Assembly: GCA_965644495.1 (NCBI GenBank)
Contig: CBFFSA010000012.1
Span: forward strand, 1-64,000
DNA: 64,000 nt
Origin: Perkinsela sp. CCAP 1560/9
Lineage: Eukaryota > Protista > Euglenozoa: Kinetoplastea
Direction: 5' to 3'
A program made the position numbers and the translations under genes. The stretch's first letter is position 1, and every line of letters starts with the position of its first letter. Shown here in pieces: positions 43,028-54,387 of the stretch. The notes beneath the pieces are model-generated. The model made no database searches. It saw only the letters and a list, made by a program, of their open reading frames with translations, and had not been told where the DNA came from.

Positions 43028-46000
43028 ATGTCTGCCACAAACGATGACCTTCCTAGGCCGCTTGAACCGCCGACAGACGTAGTTTTCAGTATGGCAGACA
43101 ATTCTTCTGAGCAAACAGCTATTGAAAATCCAGAAATAGATTCCGTATTTGAGCCCTTTGATTCCACATGGATGGCAGATGCAACCCCTCTCCCAGTGGG
43201 TACTATGGGAACCTCGTACAATACAGTGCATTATACAGCTACGGCAGCAGAGCATACGTCCACCGGGACTTTTCTCCACTCCGCAACCGGAACACTGCTC
43301 CACCCGGGGATGGAACCCACTGTTGGTGGTTTTACTCGCCTTCCTCACGAACAGACATCAACAGCGGCCGGCACTCCCACACCATTTGTTTCCCAGTTTC
43401 CAGAAAGTGAGGAATCTCGACTTAAACCACATGCCAGAGCGTGGGGTCTGGAAGATCTAAGCCCAGATGAAAAGCGCAACATACAGGTCATACTAGAGAA
43501 AAATGCTCCTTTGTATGAAACGGATATCGCTCAGATGATACCTACGGGATACGAAAAAGTGGATGCGCCTTTGTCCTACGCCCCGAAAAGCACCCCTTCA
43601 GAAGCGAAATCGAATTTGCAGTATTGGCAAAGTTTGTTTCGAAGCAAAAATCAAAAAACTTTGTCGAAAGACACGTCACTTGTGCTTGCGAGTAGCGTGT
43701 CAACTCAGGAAATGGGTGAAATTTATGATGTAACATCTCAATTCGGTCCTGATCTTCCGAACTTGCAAGAGTCCGATTATCCTATCTTTGGGTTTCTTTC
43801 ACGTTACAAAGACTTTAGTGATCAAGATTTGTGTCGCGACCGTAATCTTCGCGAAGCCCTTGTTATGCGACTTCTATTTCGTATAAAAAAGGGGGATCCT
43901 ACTATACGTCGGGGTGCGCAGAGTGCTCTCATGCAACGGCTCACCACAGTTTCAGTAGCTCTAGTGATTGATTGTTTTCTCCAGGTCCTTTTACGAGGCG
44001 TTTTTGAGGAAATGATCGAGAGGCATTACATTATCAAGGCGCTGAATCGCGTAATATACCACTTAGGGGCCCAAGAAACTCCGAGCTTAGGTCAACAGCG
44101 CCAAAAAGGGGCCGTTGAATTGAAACCTTTCGTACATCGCTTACTCACTTTGATCTATCCAATGCTAATAGCGGGGAACGCCTTGATTCGAACGGAAGGA
44201 AAAGATCTCATGATGAACCTTTCCCGGACCCTTGGGGTAGGAATCATGATAACAGCAATGCGGCCCGATTTAGAAATGCCAGCATCGACACAGCCTACAC
44301 AAATAACTGAGGACAGCGAAAGAAATGATACTGCTGACTCATCCGACTCAGAAAGCATTTGTGTCAACCCTAATAACGGTTTTACTCAACAGGAATTGAA
44401 CGAGCATCAAAGGATGGTCGCTGAAGCGTTCTCTATCCTTGTAGAAGCCCGCGGAATTGCGCCGATAATTCCCTTTCTATGCACTGTATGTGCAACAGGC
44501 ACATCCCGGAGTCGAACCGTTGAAGCTGTTCCCGTATCTGAGCATCCTGTGTTTCGCATTCTCTCGGGAGTTAAGATTATTCAACGTATTGCATACAGGT
44601 TACGAAGCCAAGCTTTACTTCCTCATCTGGGGAATCTCATTCAGATAGTAGCTCCACTTTTACACACGGAAGGGAGTCGTGCTTCCATTCGACTTAAACA
44701 AGCAGCTGCTATGGCTGTAACAGGCTTAGCGGAATCTGTATTTCCCCACGGCATTGAGCACTTTGAAGACGTCATTCAACCGTTGTGGGAGATTGTTGCT
44801 CAAGGCGCCTCTCGTGCAAAACCTGAGGGCACAAGCGAGGAAAGCAGTGCAACTCCCAGTCTTTACATGCTTAGTGCGGCACTTAAAGCCCTTGGCAGTC
44901 TCGTTCCGTTAATGGCCCCTGAAAACGCAGAGCAATGTACACAATTCTTGTCTTCTGTGTGGGTCCAAGAGGATATGAACACGGTTTCTTCGTTGTCCTT
45001 GTACCATACACATGAAGATATGAGACTGGCAATCTTTTACGTCATTCGTCAGTGTCAGCACAACGAGGGGGTAACAAAAAACTTTGTGCTCGATCACTGG
45101 TTAAAACCTTTCCTAAAACATTTCTGGAACCGTAAAGCAGTGATGTCTGCATGTGCCGCATCCGCTGAAAGGAAGGCTTCACTTGGCCCTGATGCTCATC
45201 GTTCCCCAGCGATTAATACAGCAAGCATAATAAACGCGTCTCCGTATGCTCGCCACTTATGTGATACAACTGTGGCCTTAGGAATTAAAACAGATCCACG
45301 TCATATTATCACGCGGCTAACCTCCCAACTTTACGATGAGGATCCACAATATCGATTGCTGATCCTTGAGGTGTTCGAGTCACTTATACAACGGATGATC
45401 GAGAATCAAACCCAAAACGAGCGAAGAGTGGCCGAGGATACTATTCTTCGGTTAGAAACGTCTGCCGAATCCTCGCTCTTAGAAGCTGTGTTGTATGTTT
45501 TCGGAACTTTCGGGATGTCTCCATGGAAATCGAGCGAGGATACATCAAGAATAGCCACACAAGACGAGGGTATCGTGTGCCAAACCATTCTTACATTGGT
45601 TTATGCCTTGGGTCCACGCTCCACCATACATATGGATGCCATTGTTAAAGTCGTACGTCACAGAATGGCAAGCGGGGCTCTTGTAGAAAATTCGAGTACT
45701 GACACAGAGGAATGGATGCGTCCTCTGTTGCCCGAGGGAACTCAACAAAAAACCGAACACCGGAGCCGTGCATACAGTGCGAATCTATTAGCTGCGCTCG
45801 CCCCCTATGTTCTTCGTGTGCCACGCGCCACGCATGGATACGTCACAGGCCCAAGCCTGGGCACGGAGACCCTGGACATGCTTCGCTCCCTGTTGCGCAC
45901 CGAAGAGGACCCCGGCATGATTGCCGCTCTGCTCCACTGCATTCACGAATTCCTGTGCTCGTTTCTCACCCTGATACCGAAAGGCACCCCTTCACCCCCT

Positions 46001-47053
46001 CCCCCCTCCACACCCTCCTCCGGTATTCTCCCCAGCGAACCCGACAACCTCCTCTCCGAGGACACCGCCCTTGACCTCATCCGCCAACTCAAAGCCATCC
46101 TCACCAACCGCGACGAGGAGGTCCAGCAAACCGCCGCCGCCCTCCTCGGTCTCCTCGCCTCCCACCTCGCCACCCCGCACCTCCCCGACCCCGTGGAGCC
46201 CCTCACCTGGGTCCAACTCAGCTTCCGTCTCCTCGACCTCCTGAAAGCCCCCAGCAAGGCGGTCCGCCGGGCCGCGACCGCCGCCTTCGGGGCCGTCGCC
46301 CAGGCCGCGGACCCCATCCACGTCCTCAACACCCTCCTCGACCCCCTCCCCACCCCCGAGCGCACCCTGCGGCTCAGCACGACGATCGCGCTCGCGGTGG
46401 TCGCGGAGCGCTGCCAGCCCTACCTGGTGCTCCCGTTCCTGATGAACGAGTACCGCACCCCGGACCCCCTCACCCAGCACGGGGTGCTCAAGGCGCTCGG
46501 GTTCCTCTGGGAGTACCTCGGGGCGCGCGCCACGGGGTACGCCCCGGCGCTGGTCCCGCTGCTGTGCCACGCCCTCGGGGCCGCGGACCGCACCTCCCGG
46601 CAGCTCGCCTGTGGGGTGGTGAAGCACCTGGCGCTGGCCCTGCGCGGGGGCGGGATGGAGGGGGAGCTGGTGCAGCTGCTGAACTATGTGTGGCCGCACT
46701 TCGTGGCGGAGGCCGCGGGGACCGCGACCAGTGGTGCCATGGTGTATGTCGGGGGGAGTAGCACGGGGCCGTCCGCGCATGGGTTGAATGCGGTGGTGGA
46801 GGCGATACGGGCGCTGGGGGTGGGGTTGGGCCCCGCGGTGGTGTGGCAGTACGTCGCCCCGGGGTTGTTTCACCCCGCGAGGAAGGTGCGGAACCTGTAC
46901 TGGCGCGTGTATAACCAGATGCAGATCTTGTTTGGTCACACGTTACCTCCGTTTTATCCACGTTGGGGTGAAATTGTTCGTCGGAGGGATACGCCGGTGG
47001 GGTTGAAATCGAAGAATTCATTTGAAATACCTGAACTTATGGTGTTTTTGTGA
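43028..47053 (+). CDS. SF3B1: Splicing factor 3B subunit 1 (U2 snRNP HEAT protein), divergent
   Basis: LLFRIKKG, ERHYIIK, LPFLMNEYRTP, GVLKALGFLWEYLG, GLFHPARKVRNLYWRVYN and PFYPR. Confidence 0.93.
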   Translation: MSATNDDLPRPLEPPTDVVFSMADNSSEQTAIENPEIDSVFEPFDSTWMADATPLPVGTMGTSYNTVHYTATAAEHTSTGTFLHSATGTLLHPGMEPTVGGFTRLPHEQTSTAAGTPTPFVSQFPESEESRLKPHARAWGLEDLSPDEKRNIQVILEKNAPLYETDIAQMIPTGYEKVDAPLSYAPKSTPSEAKSNLQYWQSLFRSKNQKTLSKDTSLVLASSVSTQEMGEIYDVTSQFGPDLPNLQESDYPIFGFLSRYKDFSDQDLCRDRNLREALVMRLLFRIKKGDPTIRRGAQSALMQRLTTVSVALVIDCFLQVLLRGVFEEMIERHYIIKALNRVIYHLGAQETPSLGQQRQKGAVELKPFVHRLLTLIYPMLIAGNALIRTEGKDLMMNLSRTLGVGIMITAMRPDLEMPASTQPTQITEDSERNDTADSSDSESICVNPNNGFTQQELNEHQRMVAEAFSILVEARGIAPIIPFLCTVCATGTSRSRTVEAVPVSEHPVFRILSGVKIIQRIAYRLRSQALLPHLGNLIQIVAPLLHTEGSRASIRLKQAAAMAVTGLAESVFPHGIEHFEDVIQPLWEIVAQGASRAKPEGTSEESSATPSLYMLSAALKALGSLVPLMAPENAEQCTQFLSSVWVQEDMNTVSSLSLYHTHEDMRLAIFYVIRQCQHNEGVTKNFVLDHWLKPFLKHFWNRKAVMSACAASAERKASLGPDAHRSPAINTASIINASPYARHLCDTTVALGIKTDPRHIITRLTSQLYDEDPQYRLLILEVFESLIQRMIENQTQNERRVAEDTILRLETSAESSLLEAVLYVFGTFGMSPWKSSEDTSRIATQDEGIVCQTILTLVYALGPRSTIHMDAIVKVVRHRMASGALVENSSTDTEEWMRPLLPEGTQQKTEHRSRAYSANLLAALAPYVLRVPRATHGYVTGPSLGTETLDMLRSLLRTEEDPGMIAALLHCIHEFLCSFLTLIPKGTPSPPPPSTPSSGILPSEPDNLLSEDTALDLIRQLKAILTNRDEEVQQTAAALLGLLASHLATPHLPDPVEPLTWVQLSFRLLDLLKAPSKAVRRAATAAFGAVAQAADPIHVLNTLLDPLPTPERTLRLSTTIALAVVAERCQPYLVLPFLMNEYRTPDPLTQHGVLKALGFLWEYLGARATGYAPALVPLLCHALGAADRTSRQLACGVVKHLALALRGGGMEGELVQLLNYVWPHFVAEAAGTATSGAMVYVGGSSTGPSAHGLNAVVEAIRALGVGLGPAVVWQYVAPGLFHPARKVRNLYWRVYNQMQILFGHTLPPFYPRWGEIVRRRDTPVGLKSKNSFEIPELMVFL

Positions 47054-47362
47054 ACGTAGGGTGAGTATTGAGCAAGGGGAGTTTCAGAGTTCTGTAAGAA
47101 TGGTGGGCATCACAGCGAGAAGGTGGCAACTGTTTAGTTCGGATTAAAAACGGGGCACTATTTTTTGGTGATTAATGGTGTGCTCCTATTACATGGTTCG
47201 ATTCATATTGTTCATCACAGTAATAATATTTTGAGCATGAAAGGCAAGGAATAGTCATATTTTCAAACATTTTCCAATGTTTTGTTTTCAATTATTCTAT
47301 TGTTCGGTTATAAGATGACTTCCCCGAGGTATTATTCGCCAGACACCGCGAGTGGTATGTAA

Positions 47363-48511
47363 ATGCCGCTCTCTCGGACGTGTGGCTTAATTGGCCTACC
47401 GAATGTAGGCAAGAGTACCGTTTTCAACGCGCTACTCACTTCGAAAATGGCACAAACTGGAAATTATCCATTCTGCACTATAAAGCCAAATATTGCTCGA
47501 CTTGCTGTGGCAGATACCAGGCTTTGTAAATTGCAAAAGTTCTCAAAGGCAGCGAAGATAATCCCGGTGGAAATTGGACTTACAGATATAGCCGGACTCG
47601 TTGCCGGAGCGCATCGTGGTGAGGGACTGGGCAATCAGTTTCTTGCGGATATTCGAAATGTAAGTGTGTTGCTCCATGTATTGCGCTGCTTTATAGGCGA
47701 TGGATTTTTGGATCCTACTCCCCTTTCGGATGCTCATGTTATACTGCAAGAATTGATACTCAGCGACCTGGCATTAGTGGAAAAACGATACGCTAGATTG
47801 ACTAAAGCTGGGAGTAAGAAGGGTGATGACGAACTTTCTTTTATAAAGTATCTTAAAGTGTGGCTAGAGGAAGGCAAGCCCGCAAAAACAGTCCTGTGTG
47901 ATTTTGACTCATCGCTACACAAAGTCGCCGCCCAAATTTTACGCGAGCTTCAGCTTTTATCGAGTAAACCCATGATATGGGTTCTAAATTTGGGGGAAGA
48001 CAAGTTTGAGCAGGAACAAATCCACTATCGGGAGCAAATTATCGCGGACAAAACTCTTTTTTCTTTGCCACCAAATTCCAACGAAAATGGAACTAATGAT
48101 TACGCACCAATTGTTAGTTTGAGTGCGAGATTGGAGGAAGAAATGTCCGACCTCTCACTTGACGATCGCGTGAGTTTTCGTGGTGAATATGGGCTTACGA
48201 ACGAATCTTGTGCTGCAGCCGTAACAAAAGTTGTACATGAGAGCTTAGGATTGGGAACCTTTTTTACGGTTGGACCAGAGATGGTTCACGCATGGTCCTT
48301 TCACCGTGGAGCAAACGTACGAGACGCAAGTGGAGAGATTCACTCTCACTTCAAGGAACACTTTGTTGCGGCACACACACTACACTGGGAGCAGTACATG
48401 ACTTATGGGTCACTGAATAAGGCAGACGATGCACTTCTTCGTCGTGACGCGGAATATATTCTAAAGGATGGCGAAGTGATGCATGTTTCTCATAAGGCAC
48501 CAAAAAAGTAA
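47363..48511 (+). CDS. ychF: YchF/OLA1 Obg-family ATPase
   Basis: GLPNVGKST, NYPFCTI, DIAGLV.GA..GEGLGNQFL, TFFTVGP and GEIHS. Confidence 0.92.
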   Translation: MPLSRTCGLIGLPNVGKSTVFNALLTSKMAQTGNYPFCTIKPNIARLAVADTRLCKLQKFSKAAKIIPVEIGLTDIAGLVAGAHRGEGLGNQFLADIRNVSVLLHVLRCFIGDGFLDPTPLSDAHVILQELILSDLALVEKRYARLTKAGSKKGDDELSFIKYLKVWLEEGKPAKTVLCDFDSSLHKVAAQILRELQLLSSKPMIWVLNLGEDKFEQEQIHYREQIIADKTLFSLPPNSNENGTNDYAPIVSLSARLEEEMSDLSLDDRVSFRGEYGLTNESCAAAVTKVVHESLGLGTFFTVGPEMVHAWSFHRGANVRDASGEIHSHFKEHFVAAHTLHWEQYMTYGSLNKADDALLRRDAEYILKDGEVMHVSHKAPKK

Positions 48512-48729
48512 GTCAAAAAGGCACGTCAGAATATTTATATGTATGACACTATGGTTTCTTATGGTTTACGCATACTGCAAAGTGGGGAAACACATACTAG
48601 TGATTCTGGGTCATTTTGTTCTTTTGTTATTTTTTGTCCCAATGCACCGTGTGCAATGATGATCGCCAAATAATGCGCTAGATACGCATACGCACATACA
48701 AATATCCCCCACAGAGGTGCCCCTTACTC

Positions 48730-50184
48730 ATGATGCGACGTGCGCCTCGTTGGTACACGAAGAATTCGAAGGGATGGGATCGTTTTCACCGATGGTGGCC
48801 ATGGGGTTTGGGACTGGGCGTCGCTGCGTTGTATCAACATAACCCCACGCCTATGGATGACATTGGATCTGCCATCTACGCCTCCTTTCGTTACCCTTTA
48901 CTTCGTTTTACTGAGCGACTGGAAAAGTTTGACAACGACCCTGAGGTGCGCTCTTTGGAACTACCACCAGAGCAAGTGTTTGGACCTCTCCCCCTGAAGC
49001 AACAACTTTTTATTACGCTCCAAGCGTTGGAGGAGGAAAATGAGCTTGCAGATCATTACCTGACTCGGCTTGTGATTGACCATATCGACTTAGGGTTGGA
49101 ACCCTCCCCCCTAGGCTCGGCCTTTCTGGACGCGGGTGGGGATGCCCTCTGCCGTGAAGCCGTGCGACGGTTTCGCGACTTATCGCACCAGCGGATTAAA
49201 TTCTTCACCGCGGACCGGTTTATCCGTTTTCTCTCCATTGCTCTTCCCCACGCCCCGATCGCCCGTGAGTACCTCAAAGAAAAAGACGCCATTGATCTAC
49301 TCTTTCGGGCCCTTCACGACCGTGTGGATCCCTACATCCCCCATCTCGCCACGAGACTGCTCGTCCTCCTCGCGTTACACCAACCCACAGACGGAGAGGT
49401 GGAGCGACGGGTGCTGCAAAACCCCCAAGCGGTCCCCGCCCTCGTCGATTACCTCAACATATGCTCCGGGGATCCCCAGGACACGCGCTACGTGTTTATG
49501 CTCCTTAGCGCGTTGGCCCGGTCCCACCCCACGCTGGCATCCGCCCCGTTTCGTACCCACCATGTCCTCGAGGCTGTGTTCCACAACATGAACCTGGCCA
49601 TGCATAAAGGGTTGTCCCAACACCTCCGGATACTGGGGGATATGGAGCAACTCGACCCCCGGGGGGTGGAGGCTCACATGGCGCAGAGTAACGACCCCCT
49701 CACGGTGTTGCTCGGTGTCACCAACACATTTAAAAGCTATGCTGAGATCCAGACCCCGTTGTGTCGGTGGCTGAGACGAGGCGTGGAGGCACGTTCCCCG
49801 GGGGAGTTTATGGCCTATGGAGGGCTGCCGATTCTGGCACGGGTTTTGGCTCTCTACCCCTATCGCAGTAAGGGGGAGGGAGAGAGTGAGAAGGTGGAGG
49901 AGGACGGGAGAAAGGGTGCGGAAGCGAGTAGAAGTGAGAGAGAATGTGTCAATCTTGATAAGTCCCAAAATGATGTAAAAGATGAACGTTCCGGGGGTGC
50001 GTCGTCGCCCCCGAACGAATACTCAGAGCTTCATACATGTTGGTACGACATTGCCCGTCGTGTCCTCGCCGATCCGGAATGCCAGAAACATTTTACATAC
50101 AATCGTGAGACGGAGGCGGCGGTGGCAGAGGCAAGATCCTTTGTCCAATGGATGGAAGGAGAACCCACAAAAAAGAGTAGCTGA
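48730..50184 (+). CDS. Hypothetical helical-repeat-like protein with N-terminal basic/TM segment, possibly mitochondrial
   Basis: 484 aa ORF co-oriented with the array; MMRRAPRW...WWPWGLGLGVAALY. Confidence 0.7.
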   Translation: MMRRAPRWYTKNSKGWDRFHRWWPWGLGLGVAALYQHNPTPMDDIGSAIYASFRYPLLRFTERLEKFDNDPEVRSLELPPEQVFGPLPLKQQLFITLQALEEENELADHYLTRLVIDHIDLGLEPSPLGSAFLDAGGDALCREAVRRFRDLSHQRIKFFTADRFIRFLSIALPHAPIAREYLKEKDAIDLLFRALHDRVDPYIPHLATRLLVLLALHQPTDGEVERRVLQNPQAVPALVDYLNICSGDPQDTRYVFMLLSALARSHPTLASAPFRTHHVLEAVFHNMNLAMHKGLSQHLRILGDMEQLDPRGVEAHMAQSNDPLTVLLGVTNTFKSYAEIQTPLCRWLRRGVEARSPGEFMAYGGLPILARVLALYPYRSKGEGESEKVEEDGRKGAEASRSERECVNLDKSQNDVKDERSGGASSPPNEYSELHTCWYDIARRVLADPECQKHFTYNRETEAAVAEARSFVQWMEGEPTKKSS

Positions 50185-50573
50185 TCTTGCTTTTACACGG
50201 TAGTTGCTTGTGCACGGTGTCAAAATTAGCGGTGTAACTGTAACATTTTCTACTAAAACATAAACTCGTATGTGCCGTAAAGCAGATCAATATACTGTGT
50301 CGGACATGTAAGAAAGTCGTACATGTAAGAGGCTCCCCAGCAGGGGTATTTTTTATCCGTTTTTGCTCATTTTTCTTACTTCTGTACGACAGAGATTTCT
50401 TGACCAAATTTGTATATCACATATTAAGCACATGAAATGAACATTCAGCATTTCATGATACAAGAAGTATTCCTTCTTCCTTCTGTATGTTTGTAAAACG
50501 CAATAATTTTCCCAAAAATAACTGATCATTCTAAAGTTTTCCACTATCTTCCTTTTTTGCCCACCCCATCACC

Positions 50574-51197
50574 ATGCTCTTCCGCTACACCCGTCGTTTC
50601 CTCCAATCCGTCTCCCAAACCGCCGGGATGGGGGTCACAGCCGCCACCGCCACAAAACCCCCCACCCCCTCCCACCCCCCACCCTCCGAGCCCTCCCCCA
50701 CGGGCCCACTCCCCCAATCCCCTCCCCCCACGGGGAGCAGCGGCGCGACGCCCCCCTCCCCGCACAGCCCCCCTCCCCCCTCCCCGCTGTACAAGTCGGT
50801 GAACCACGTCACCCTAGTCGGGGTCGCCCACGACATCCAGAGCGGGTTCGTCTACGAGGACCCGGTGTGTCAGTTCACCCTCTCCACCAGCTCCCTGGAC
50901 ACCATGATCCACGGCCGCACCGGGGAGGCGGTCCTGGAGAAGGACCACCACACCATCCGGTGCTTCGGGGAGCCGTTCTGCACCCAGGTACGGCAGATGC
51001 TACGGGAGGGGTACGTGGTGGTCGCGAGTGGGCGGCTGCGGCTGAACCCGCAGCTGGACCCCGCGACGAGTAAGCATCACTACTTCCCGTATATCCATGT
51101 CAGCCCCCCGCACGGGAATGTCCATGTGATACATGGCGACCCGAAGAAGGGGGTGGAGGGTATGCCGGATGTACAGGCGGCCTCGAATGAGAGTTAG
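50574..51197 (+). CDS. KREPA6: RNA editing core complex OB-fold protein MP18
   Basis: [48 protein letters not shown] and YFPYI match trypanosomatid KREPA6 as I recall it; [10 protein letters not shown] presequence. Confidence 0.93.
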   Translation: MLFRYTRRFLQSVSQTAGMGVTAATATKPPTPSHPPPSEPSPTGPLPQSPPPTGSSGATPPSPHSPPPPSPLYKSVNHVTLVGVAHDIQSGFVYEDPVCQFTLSTSSLDTMIHGRTGEAVLEKDHHTIRCFGEPFCTQVRQMLREGYVVVASGRLRLNPQLDPATSKHHYFPYIHVSPPHGNVHVIHGDPKKGVEGMPDVQAASNES

Positions 51198-51535
51198 GGG
51201 GGAAAGGGGGTGAAACGTTCTCGCACTTATGTGCGGGGGGGTAGCGTGAGGGGGGGTAGGGAAGTTTGGGGGGGATTGAGGGTACTATTGCATGTATGTG
51301 GTTAAATTAAGATACCTTGTCAAAAAGGGAGCGTTTAAGGGGACCGAACCTGGATATTACAATACGCCCTTCTATACGGGGCTGTACGGGACTTTTCCGG
51401 TTATTGTTTGCGTGGTTTTATGTCAGAAACTCCAGTGTGTTCAAAAACTAGGAAATATAGAAATATGTATGTTGGAGAGAACGTGACGATGAGAATCATT
51501 TAATTGTTTTTGTTTTAAAAATTTCCGAAAAATCA

Positions 51536-52450
51536 ATGTTGTCTGCTGGACATGATCTTCAGTTTAGTGTACTGAGCTCGGAAGCCATACCACCAAACCA
51601 AAAACGTCGTAAAGTGGAAGGTGGATCACATGCGCTACCATCTACACGAGTGTTTGGATCCAAAGTCCGTGGTGCCATTCTTGCTCCGGAGATAGAATTG
51701 TCTCTCTTTATAGAGAATCTTAGTTTCGGAAAGAAAGTTCACGACCCGACTCAAATCAACATGATTCCGCAAGGCCGGATTTCCTCATGGGGTAGAGAAA
51801 CTCCGGCGTGTGAGTGGAGTGCGGTCATCTGTCGCAATGATACTGTCACGGAACTCCGATGGAATGGCTTGCGCTTGGGAGGGAGTCCTTCGTGGGGCCA
51901 CCTTCCTCTTGGTCTAGAGGTTCTTCAGCTGGGGGCTGACAACACCCATTTTTCGCAACATACCAATCAGTTAGAAGGACCAGTGATAATAGAGTCGCTT
52001 CCGTCCACATTAAGATCAATTGATCTTTCGTCAAATTTATTGTCAGGCATATTCTCACTATCTGGTCTCCCACGCAGAATTGAATTCTTAGATATATCGA
52101 ATAACTGCTTTGAGGGAAAGTTGGAGCTTCAGTCCCTGCCGTTCATGATACAAGTATGTGATCTATCGAAAAATCACTTTGAAGGGGAAATCAAACTGGA
52201 CAACCTTACGCAGTCTCTACATTGGTTGTCACTTGAAAACAACTCATTGTCTGGTTTCCTCAATATTTCAAGTTTGTCACCTTATCTGAAAATCCTGCTC
52301 CTCTCAGATAATTACTTCAATGGAACCGTATCGTTCGTTGACTTGCCCGCTTCCGTACAATTTTTGGATCTACGACGAACGGACGTCTCAATGTGCGGGA
52401 ATGAAACTGTTCCCCGTTGTGTTCGAATAGGATGGAGGGCGACTCGTTAG
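51536..52450 (+). CDS. Small LRR protein (family copy 4), NLS-like PNQKRRKV
   Basis: KVRGAILAPEIEL cap, ETPACEWSAVIC and LRRs. Confidence 0.9.
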   Translation: MLSAGHDLQFSVLSSEAIPPNQKRRKVEGGSHALPSTRVFGSKVRGAILAPEIELSLFIENLSFGKKVHDPTQINMIPQGRISSWGRETPACEWSAVICRNDTVTELRWNGLRLGGSPSWGHLPLGLEVLQLGADNTHFSQHTNQLEGPVIIESLPSTLRSIDLSSNLLSGIFSLSGLPRRIEFLDISNNCFEGKLELQSLPFMIQVCDLSKNHFEGEIKLDNLTQSLHWLSLENNSLSGFLNISSLSPYLKILLLSDNYFNGTVSFVDLPASVQFLDLRRTDVSMCGNETVPRCVRIGWRATR

Positions 52451-53246
52451 TCTTGACCTACAAATTATGAGGAGATTCTGGTGCAGTCATTGCACTGCTA
52501 AGTTACGTGTGCGACTGTACACGGTGTATACTTGCGCACGTAAAACTGCACCGAACCCGCACCGAAACTCTACCCGAAGCTTCGAGAACTTTACAGGAGT
52601 TGACTTCGCTGGACGAAGTCTAATCCGACTCATCTGTTTGCTCTTACTCTAGTATGTTATTCGTAAAGAAGAGACTTCGCCTCCCTATTGTCCATAATAT
52701 GGTGTTTTGGCTTTACGGATGTGAGATAACTCGTTATGTTGTTCTCTGAGAGATACGAAAAAGCTCCTGGGCAACTCCAAAAAAAAGATAGCTGAAAACG
52801 GAAAACTGAGCATTTTATCGTTCAATTACAATTTGCTGTGCATGGATTTTTTATAACATTTGGCATTTTGAAAATTCTTTTGCGAAATGTGTGCAGTTAT
52901 CGACGATCTTGATGCTGTTGCAGGTGATCCAGATCCTCGGGTTTAAGTCAGGTGTCCCTAACAAATTGCAAAACCAATGCCTTTTTCCTTGCGGATATCT
53001 CAGAAGAAAAGTGGATCTAAACTTTGACGTCTTCAGAGACGCAGGTGCTGCGACAAAGGCGAACGAATTTTTTGTTCCTCTGTAGTAAAGAGTTCCTCTC
53101 CTGTTTAGAGCAGCAAAGTTATGATAACTGGTCTCAGCAGAGAAATACAAGAACGTACGGTATCTAAGATCAAACGGCAATGGAAATCAGATGAAGCATA
53201 AATATTATTGTATTCTCTATTGTATTCTTAAGATGCCCATCTAGCT

Positions 53247-53328
53247 TAGTTGTGTTTTTACTCATATAGTTGTGTTTTTTTACTCATATAGTTGTGTTTT
53301 TTTACTCATATAGTTGTGTTTTTTTACT
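53247..53328 (+). repeat. Four tandem TAGTTGTG(T)5-7ACTCATA units
   Basis: Direct repeat immediately upstream of ORF 53365; may overlap its trans-splicing pyrimidine tract. Confidence 0.85.
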
Positions 53329-53364
53329 ATGATACACTCGTGCTTTTAAATTATTGCTACCCCC

Positions 53365-54387
53365 ATGCAGAAAGCGAAACCTACACTACAAACCTTGCGA
53401 GAACGCTCCCCCGAAGCCGAGCTCCGTGAAACAGAGACAGAACCCTCCACGGAAAAACAACTCCTCGTGGAGTCTTCTTCACAGGAGATCCGCCTGCACT
53501 GGCCCAGCGCTCTACCCCGACCCGGGCCCTTTGTGGACTTTGGGGACACCCCTAGCAGTGCGTTTCCCACCCCTGCGACGTTCTCGGACCCTTTGCCGAG
53601 TTCCTCCGTCGCCCCCTCACATGGACACTCACTGCCGGGTCCCACCCCCTCGGGTACTAAGAGCAACACCCACCCGACCCTATCCCCGGTACTCTCGGGT
53701 GTACAACCCAAGAGGGCAACCCAGCCGGGGCGTACCCCCGAGGGAGAGGACTGGCCCGATGCCATGGACTCCCCTATTGTGGGCTACGGTCGGGTAAAAG
53801 GGCTCCCACGAGAGGGAATGCCCCCAAGTGTGTCACCCGAGACCACAGAAGTCCACAACCCCTCGGGAGCCCCACAACGTGGCGCCGAGCACACTGGGGG
53901 AACGGTGCTCGAGACAAACGTCCAAGGGCGTAGTGGAAATAAAAAAGAGAGTGAAAAAGTGGATACGGGGGATAAGGCTGGACGGTTCCCCCCTCCCCCA
54001 CCCCCACCGGTGTCACGGCTTCTGATCACCGGGGTGCCGCTGTGCTCTCGTGAGTGGCATGATAAAGTGTGGTCGAGGTGGTATCACTGGGTGGTCGCCT
54101 GGTGGGAGAGAAACAAAAGCTATCCCCCACCCCCTCTGTGGGAAGAGAAAACGGCCAAGGAGGATGCAGCTGAGAAATCAGAGACGAAAGCAGAGTCTGT
54201 GGAAGAGACTCAGGACGTACACGGGGGAAATCCGTACTCTCTTGAGCAGTGGCGTAAATACTGTGCATTCTGGTGGAATTACATGAACCAAGCCTATTTC
54301 TGGAGTCAGGCTGCCGCAGTACCTGCGCCGAATGTGGAGTTATCCGCGGCTTGGGTTTCACAGCTCTACGACCCTTCGGAGCACTAG
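53365..54387 (+). CDS. Hypothetical low-complexity protein with two Trp-rich helices
   Basis: 340 aa ORF with WSRWYHWVVAWW and QWRKYCAFWWNY. Confidence 0.65.
   Translation: MQKAKPTLQTLRERSPEAELRETETEPSTEKQLLVESSSQEIRLHWPSALPRPGPFVDFGDTPSSAFPTPATFSDPLPSSSVAPSHGHSLPGPTPSGTKSNTHPTLSPVLSGVQPKRATQPGRTPEGEDWPDAMDSPIVGYGRVKGLPREGMPPSVSPETTEVHNPSGAPQRGAEHTGGTVLETNVQGRSGNKKESEKVDTGDKAGRFPPPPPPPVSRLLITGVPLCSREWHDKVWSRWYHWVVAWWERNKSYPPPPLWEEKTAKEDAAEKSETKAESVEETQDVHGGNPYSLEQWRKYCAFWWNYMNQAYFWSQAAAVPAPNVELSAAWVSQLYDPSEH

Noticed and set aside
53247-53328. CRISPR-like repeats
   Set aside because: No unique spacers and no cas genes; a simple tandem repeat in eukaryotic DNA.
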